In this document: positions 61,667 to 64,000 of the stretch, piece by piece
Numbering within the stretch: the stretch's first letter is position 1
How the letters are laid out: every line of letters begins with the position of its first letter
Source of the DNA: Mobula hypostoma
Taxonomy: Eukaryota
Direction: 5' to 3'
Assembly: GCF_963921235.1 (NCBI RefSeq)
Contig: NC_086108.1
Span: 74,960,001-75,024,000 of the forward strand
DNA length: 64,000 bases
The notes under the pieces: model-generated
What the model was told of the DNA's origin: nothing
Seen by the model: the letters and a program-made list of their open reading frames with translations, nothing else
The model's database searches: none
Translations under genes and position numbers: made by a program

Positions 61667-64000
61667 AAAAAATTCTGACTGATCGAGCCAAGGTAGCCAA
61701 CGTTATCACCCAAGTGTCCAGTTGGGCGAGAGAATGGGAACAGCTGTCTGGGAGGCAGGCTCACTTTTCTGCATCAGTTTTCAGTTATTTTCTGAGGAGA
61801 TGAGAGAAGTGTTTGATCACCCCAAATGTGGGAGAGAGGCTGCCTGTGAAATGCTGAACATGCACCAGGGGTGCAGATCTGTGTCAGATTATGCCATAGA
61901 GTTCTGGACCCTAGCCACCTCCAGTGGGTGGAACTCAGAGGCACAGTACAACACCTTCCTGAACAACCTCTCTGAAGACATCAAAGATGAGCTGGTCACC
62001 CAGGACCTTCCTGCCACATTTGAAGACCTGGTGGATTTGGCCATCCATGTCCATGTTCACCTTCAGCAGCACCGCAGAGGGAGGGGTTCCAGAGGTCCCT
62101 GGCGCACTGAGTGAGTTCCAAGCTCCTCGTCAGTCTGCATTGCCCTGCCATTTGCCCCCATGTACAACTCCTGTTCCAGAGCCCGAAGCTATGCGGGTTG
62201 ACTGTACCCACCTGACGCCGACTGAAAGACAAAGGAGAATCAGCACCCGTTCCTGTCTGTACTGTGGCCAACCAAGCCACTTCACCGTCACCTGTCCAGT
62301 AAAAGCCAGCGCTCACCAAGAGGAAAAGGTGTACTGGTGAGTGTGTCCCCTGTCCTGCCCTCCTTGATACCACTCACTCTCATACCTGCTTCTCTAGAGT
62401 GAGGTGTCCAACACCAAGCAGTCTCCGCCTTGGTCGATTCTGGTGCAGAGGGGAGTTTTATCGATTCTGGCTTGGCTGCCCAGTGGGGGTTACCCACATC
62501 TGCTCTCCAGTCACCATTGATGGCCAACGCCTTTAACGGTCAGAGACTGGCTAACATCACCCATGTCACGGCCCTGATAGGTCTCAGTTTATCTAGCAAC
62601 CATCATGACAGTTAACCCTTTGTTATTGACTCTCCTCAATCTCCCATTGTCCTGGGTCATCCCTGGTTAGTCAATCACAACCCCCACATTGACTGGCTCA
62701 GTCACTAGATTGTAGCCTGGAGCCCATTCTGTCACTCCCACTGCCTCCACCATGCTCAGATCCCCTTGTCTTCAAACCCAGATCCCCCCGAGGAATTTCT
62801 GGACCTTAGTGCCATCCCTCCTGAATACATGGACCTCAAGGCTGTGTTCAGCAAGTCCCGGGCCACTTCCCTGCTGCCTCACTGTCCATATGACTGCGCC
62901 ATTGACCTCTTGCCTGGCATATCTCCCCCAAGGGGCCGCCTGTGTTCCCTGTCCATACCTGAAATGGCAGCCATGAATAAATACATTCAATAGTCTCTGG
63001 CTGCAGGCATCATTCAGTCATCTTCTTCCCCTGCTGGTGCCATTTTTTTTCTTTCTTGGAAAGCAGGATGGCTCCTTGCATCCATGCATTGAGTACCGGG
63101 GGTAAATGAAGTCACTGTTAAGAACAGGTACCCTCTTCCACTCATGACCTCGGCATTTGAACTACTACAAGGAGCCTCAGTTTTCACCAAGCTTGATCTC
63201 CATAACGCCTACCATCTTGTCTGCATTCGCGAAGGGGACGAGTGGAAGACGGCCTTCAACACCGCCTCAGGCCATTACGAGTATCTGGTCATTCCACTCA
63301 GTCTCACCAATGCCCCTGCTCTCTTCCAAGCCCTGGTAGATCATGTACTCAGGGACATGCTGAACCAATTTGTTTTTGTGTATCTTAACAACATTTTGAT
63401 TTCTTAACTCTCTTGCTGAACACACAGGTCACGTCCGCAGAGTTCCCCAGCGCCTTCTGGAGAACCTGCTCTTTGTGAAGGCTGAGAAATGTGAGTTTCA
63501 TCATAATACCGTCTCCTTCCTGGGGTATGTAATTTCAGGCAGTTCCATTCTGATGGACCAACAGAAGGTCAAGGCTGTGGTCGAATGGCCCCAACCCTCA
63601 ACTCGTTGGGAGTTGCAACGCTTCTTGGGCTTTGCTAACTTCCATTACTGCTTCACCAGAAATTACAGTACACTGGCTGCACCACTCATTACTCTTACCT
63701 CATCTGCTGTCTGTTTCTCCTGGCCCCCTGCTGCTGGAAAAGCATTCTGTGACCTGAAGGAACGTTTCACCTCTTCCCCCAACCTGATTCAACCTGACAC
63801 TGATGGACAGTTCATTGTGGAGGTGGATGCATCTGACACTGGTATAGGAGCTGTTCTATCTCAGCGCTCGGCCAAGGCTGAGAAGGTACACCCCTGCATC
63901 ACCTTCTCTCACTGCCTCACTCCCACGGAGTGGAAAGCTCTGGAGGAGTGGAGGCATTGCCTGGAGGGGGCCAAGGTGCCATTCTTCATCTGGACTGGTC

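Larger units (their letters stand above)
60045..64000 (+). mobile_element. Ty3/Gypsy LTR retrotransposon of the Tf1/sushi group, decayed, runs off the right edge
   Basis: Gag DPAE..CRSFLSQCTLIFELQP..SVSDYAIEFWTLA; CCHC knuckle CLYCGQPSHFTVTC; protease [45 protein letters not shown]; RNase [19 protein letters not shown]. Many stops and frameshifts. Confidence 0.93.

Noticed and set aside
60595..63407. PEG10/RTL-like domesticated gene
   Set aside because: LTR present, gag interrupted by an insertion, many stops and frameshifts, and RT YLDD degraded to YLNN.

Overview
Vertebrate genomic DNA, most likely a cartilaginous fish (shark or ray). The organism is inferred from the repeat mix and is not proven. 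The window is dominated by nested, mostly decayed transposable elements: esterase-ORF1 CR1-clade LINEs, Rex1/Babar LINEs, Penelope-like elements carrying minimal hammerhead ribozymes, a Tf1/sushi-type Gypsy LTR element, two solo LTRs, a SPIN/Buster-like hAT, Tc1/mariner elements, an RTE fossil, tRNA-derived SINEs and a non-coding ~650-690 bp retroelement family. Most ORFs in the track are TE-derived or spurious. No host gene can be named; only a few low-confidence splice-bounded exon candidates lie in unique sequence (6.3/7.7 kb on +; 24.1, 27.9 and 39.4 kb on -). No CRISPR array, rRNA or genuine tRNA was seen. The most notable signals are RNA-level devices: hammerhead ribozymes (one with an intact core, in an inverted Penelope insertion with a 12-bp TSD), a self-priming PBS plus a gag-pol -1 frameshift hairpin in the Gypsy element, and AAGATGGCG (YY1-like)-headed non-autonomous retroelements. 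I found nothing I can claim as a wholly new system; the non-autonomous family is the best candidate for something undescribed.
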